Source: Dipteris shenzhenensis (Eukaryota). From it: 64,000 nt of DNA. Shown in pieces: positions 62,448 to 64,000 of the stretch. The stretch lies in the NCBI GenBank assembly GCA_047967505.1, contig CM106538.1. The stretch is one strand, 5' to 3'. A program made the position numbers and the translations under genes. Below the pieces are notes generated by a model that saw nothing but the letters and a program-made list of their open reading frames with translations, ran no database searches and had not been told where the DNA came from. The first letter of the stretch is position 1. The number at the start of each line of letters is the position of its first letter.

Positions 62448-63340
62448 TTAGATATGCTCGTTGGGGAGAGACTAAAATGAAAATGTTTAGACTTGACAAA
62501 GCAGTTGTAGCTTGAATGAAGAGATTTCAGACTACCTTTTGATTAGCCTTCTCCTTTAGTGCTAGCCTTCGTCATGGCTGAGTCTGCCCTTCACCTCCGG
62601 AGTGCCGACAGAAACTTAGTACAAAGACTTTGTATAAATGGATGCTCAAGTATGTGTGGGTGTGTGGATTTGTATGTGTGAGAGCATATTTTTATACTAT
62701 GGTCTACACCCACTGTTGGGTGCTGATGACATCAGTGGGGATGTCATAGTAGCTAGTCCCTGCTATGCATGATGGAGTTTATGGGTTTCAACCTTGTGAG
62801 TGACTATCATGAGATTGAAACTGCACTATGTTGTGTTTTTAGAGAATGAGTTTGGGAATGTTCCTTGATTCATCTAGGTATATGCTTTTGCCGTATTAGC
62901 GGACATGCAAATTTCACCTTGTGAAGTTTTCGTCCAAGTTGCGGCCTGTTGGTATTGTGATAATTCTTTCATTTATCTTAAATGGTGCGTTGCCCTATCA
63001 GCTAGATTTAGATTTAGATATGCTCGTTGGGGAGAGATTAAAATGAAAATGTTTAGACTTCACAAGCAGTTGTAGCTTGAATGAAGAGATTTTGGACTAC
63101 CTTTTGATTAGCCTTCTCCTTTAGTGCTAGCCTTCTTGAGTCTGCGCTTCACCTCCGGAGTGCCAACAGAAACTCAGTACGAAGACTTAGTATACATGGA
63201 TGCTCAAGTATGTGTGGGTGTGTGGATTTGTATGTGTGAGAGCATATTTTTATACTATGGTCTACACCCACTGTTGGGCGCTGATGATGTCAGTGGGGAT
63301 GTCATAGTAGCTAGTCCCTGCTATGCATGATGGAGTTTAT
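62448..63340 (+). mobile_element. Structured non-coding repeat, copies D (full, ~556 bp) and E (partial), head-to-tail
   Basis: AGATATGCTCGTTGGGGAGAGA starts both units (~62450 and ~63016), joined by (AGATTT)2. Confidence 0.9.
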
Positions 63341-63711
63341 GGTGGAGTGGACATAAGCTTGCAATCATGCATGTTGAATCTGTCCAAGAGCTTTTGAACA
63401 TACTTGGACTGAGACATAACAATGCCACATTTCTCTTGAATAAAGTGGATCCCCAAAAAGAAATGTAACAAGCCCAAGTCTGACATATCAAATGTAGCTT
63501 TCAATTGGACTTTGAAATCTGCAATTACTTCCTCATTTGATCTAGTGAGCAGCATGTCATCTACATAAAGAATGATGACTAAAATATCCCCCCCATCCTT
63601 CTTGATGTAGAGGGTGCTCTCAGTTGGACTATTGTGCAGCCCCTTGTTGGTTAGAAAGGCATCAATTTTTGCATACCATGCTTGTGGGGCTTGTTTCAGC
63701 CCATACAAAGC
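63341..63711 (-). mobile_element. copia RT fragment, same family as 47300-48944
   Basis: [25 protein letters not shown]; nucleotide match to 47930-48047. Confidence 0.88.
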
Positions 63712-64000
63712 TGTTACAAAGAGAGAGAGTGTGAGAGCAAGAGAGCTGAATGAAGTGCTTGCAATAGAAGAAGTGACTAATACAAGAAGTGGGATGGGTT
63801 TTGTCTAAGTGACAAAACCTTATCCTTCACTAACCGTAGTTAGTGAACTAACTGTGGTTACGGGAAAAAACCTCTAAATGAGGGAAAAGTGCCCCTAACC
63901 TACTCATTACATTACATTGGTCACTGCTGAATTATAATAATAATTCTAACACCCCCCTGCAGTGCCAATGTCATGTACAAGGAAATGATCAATCACCAAA
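63712..64000 (-). mobile_element. 3' LTR (63712-63951), PPT and pol end of a copia element continuing beyond the window
   Basis: The reverse complement matches 48660-48940. Confidence 0.88.

Overview
Eukaryotic nuclear DNA from a large, repeat-rich land-plant genome; the intron and TE style suggests a fern-like lineage, but the species cannot be determined from sequence. One intact host gene is present: diphosphomevalonate decarboxylase (MVD, + strand, exons 1-7 at 41035-56127, 3' exons beyond the window), with TE-filled introns of about 4.9, 8.6 and >7.8 kb. The rest is transposon-derived: several Ty1/copia elements (one very young with TSD, one near-intact Tnt1-like, one gag-only), decayed Ty3/gypsy and hAT remnants, a young 5'-truncated LINE in a (CT)n microsatellite with a ~116-bp duplication, a small Helitron, two Helitron-like duplicated units carrying an intron-containing S1/P1 nuclease pseudogene, and a spliced pseudogene with three tandem Ulp1/C48-like protease domains. 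The most unusual signals are: (1) a ~560-bp structured non-coding repeat (5 copies: tandem, inverted and truncated) whose consensus can be drawn as an imperfect type II hammerhead-like fold, suggesting a retrozyme/Penelope-like element; (2) a copia leader with ~33 GTAC (SBP/SPL core) motifs in ~430 bp; (3) a TG...CA LTR segment flanked by two outward-facing tRNA-Met PBSs; (4) the triple Ulp1-like gene with an apparent His-Asn-Cys triad. All alignments, counts and folds were done by eye; no searches were run.
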